Of a stretch of DNA of 25,712 nt, positions 25,475 to 25,712 are shown piece by piece. The DNA lies in the IMG/VR virus record IMGVR_UViG_3300020042_009788, positions 1 through 25,712 of that record, one strand, 5' to 3'. Position 1 is the first letter of the stretch. The number at the start of each line of letters is the position of its first letter. The position numbers and the translations under genes were made by a program. Source of the stretch: a virus. Lineage: Duplodnaviria > Caudoviricetes. The notes beneath the pieces are model-generated. The model was not told the DNA's origin. It did no database searches and saw nothing but the letters and a program-made list of their open reading frames with translations.

Positions 25475-25712
25475 CTTTATTATTTCTCCAGAATTCGTAA
25501 TTTGAATACTTAGATAAAACATAATCACTTAAAACGTCTTGAGGTTTTTTAGATACCTTTTTGACAGGTTTTCTTATAGTGTGCATATCTTTAATCCCAT
25601 AAACATCATCCCTAATAACTAACGTGTTCTGTAAGGTATCAAAAGTATGTTCAAATTCTTCCAGTTCTAAAAAATTGTAGATTTTTGATAACGTATCTTT
25701 TGGTTCGTGAAC
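25467..25712 (-). CDS. Sulfotransferase-family protein, C-terminal fragment (partial)
   Basis: Not in the ORF track. ...VHEPKDTLSKIYNFLELEEFEHTFD...DDVYGIKDMHTIR...PQDVLS...YEFWR fits the P..TL..IY.FL C-terminal pattern; PAPS motifs would lie outside the window. Confidence 0.65.
   Translation of the reverse strand, partial: VHEPKDTLSKIYNFLELEEFEHTFDTLQNTLVIRDDVYGIKDMHTIRKPVKKVSKKPQDVLSDYVLSKYSNYEFWRNNKVE

Larger units (their letters stand above)
1..25712 (-). mobile_element. Fragment of a tailed dsDNA phage genome, probably infecting low-GC Actinobacteria
   Basis: terS, terL, portal and MuF genes; all on one strand with frequent stop/start overlaps; WhiB, DUF4192-like and actinobacterial SSB genes; no host housekeeping operons or integrase seen. 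Confidence 0.93.

Noticed and set aside
1-25712. tRNA, rRNA, integrase/att sites, introns/inteins, alternative genetic code
   Set aside because: None recognised; long conserved ORFs are uninterrupted and TAA, TGA and TAG all act as stops at gene junctions

Overview
All convincing genes in this 25.7 kb window lie on the minus strand and are tightly packed, as expected for a tailed dsDNA phage. The AT-rich sequence (mid-30s %GC by eye) carries actinobacterial markers (WhiB, actinobacterial-type SSB, DUF4192-like protein, SLT-like transglycosylase), suggesting a low-GC Actinobacteria host. In transcription order (right to left) it contains: a partial sulfotransferase, a SNF2 helicase, a GGCT/amidoligase/class II GATase module, two ParB-like proteins, a 7-deazaguanine DNA-modification cassette (dpdA-like, GP88-like Fe-S protein, DpdL-like T-fold protein, queD, queE, PRTase-folE fusion; no queC in the window), terS and terL, about 10.5 kb of small accessory genes, the portal, and a long MuF protein that runs off the left edge. 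Notable non-coding signals are: (i) 26 consecutive quasi-palindromic 8-mers in mixed orientation at an exact 11-bp period (5639-5921); (ii) a bipartite motif with an identical 24-bp spacer ahead of two modules; (iii) a hairpin-plus-pseudoknot candidate RNA at 10041-10117; (iv) no GATC, AGCT or CCGG found in a manual scan. Several real-looking ORFs missing from the supplied track were translated by hand. Family calls are from recalled motifs, not database searches.
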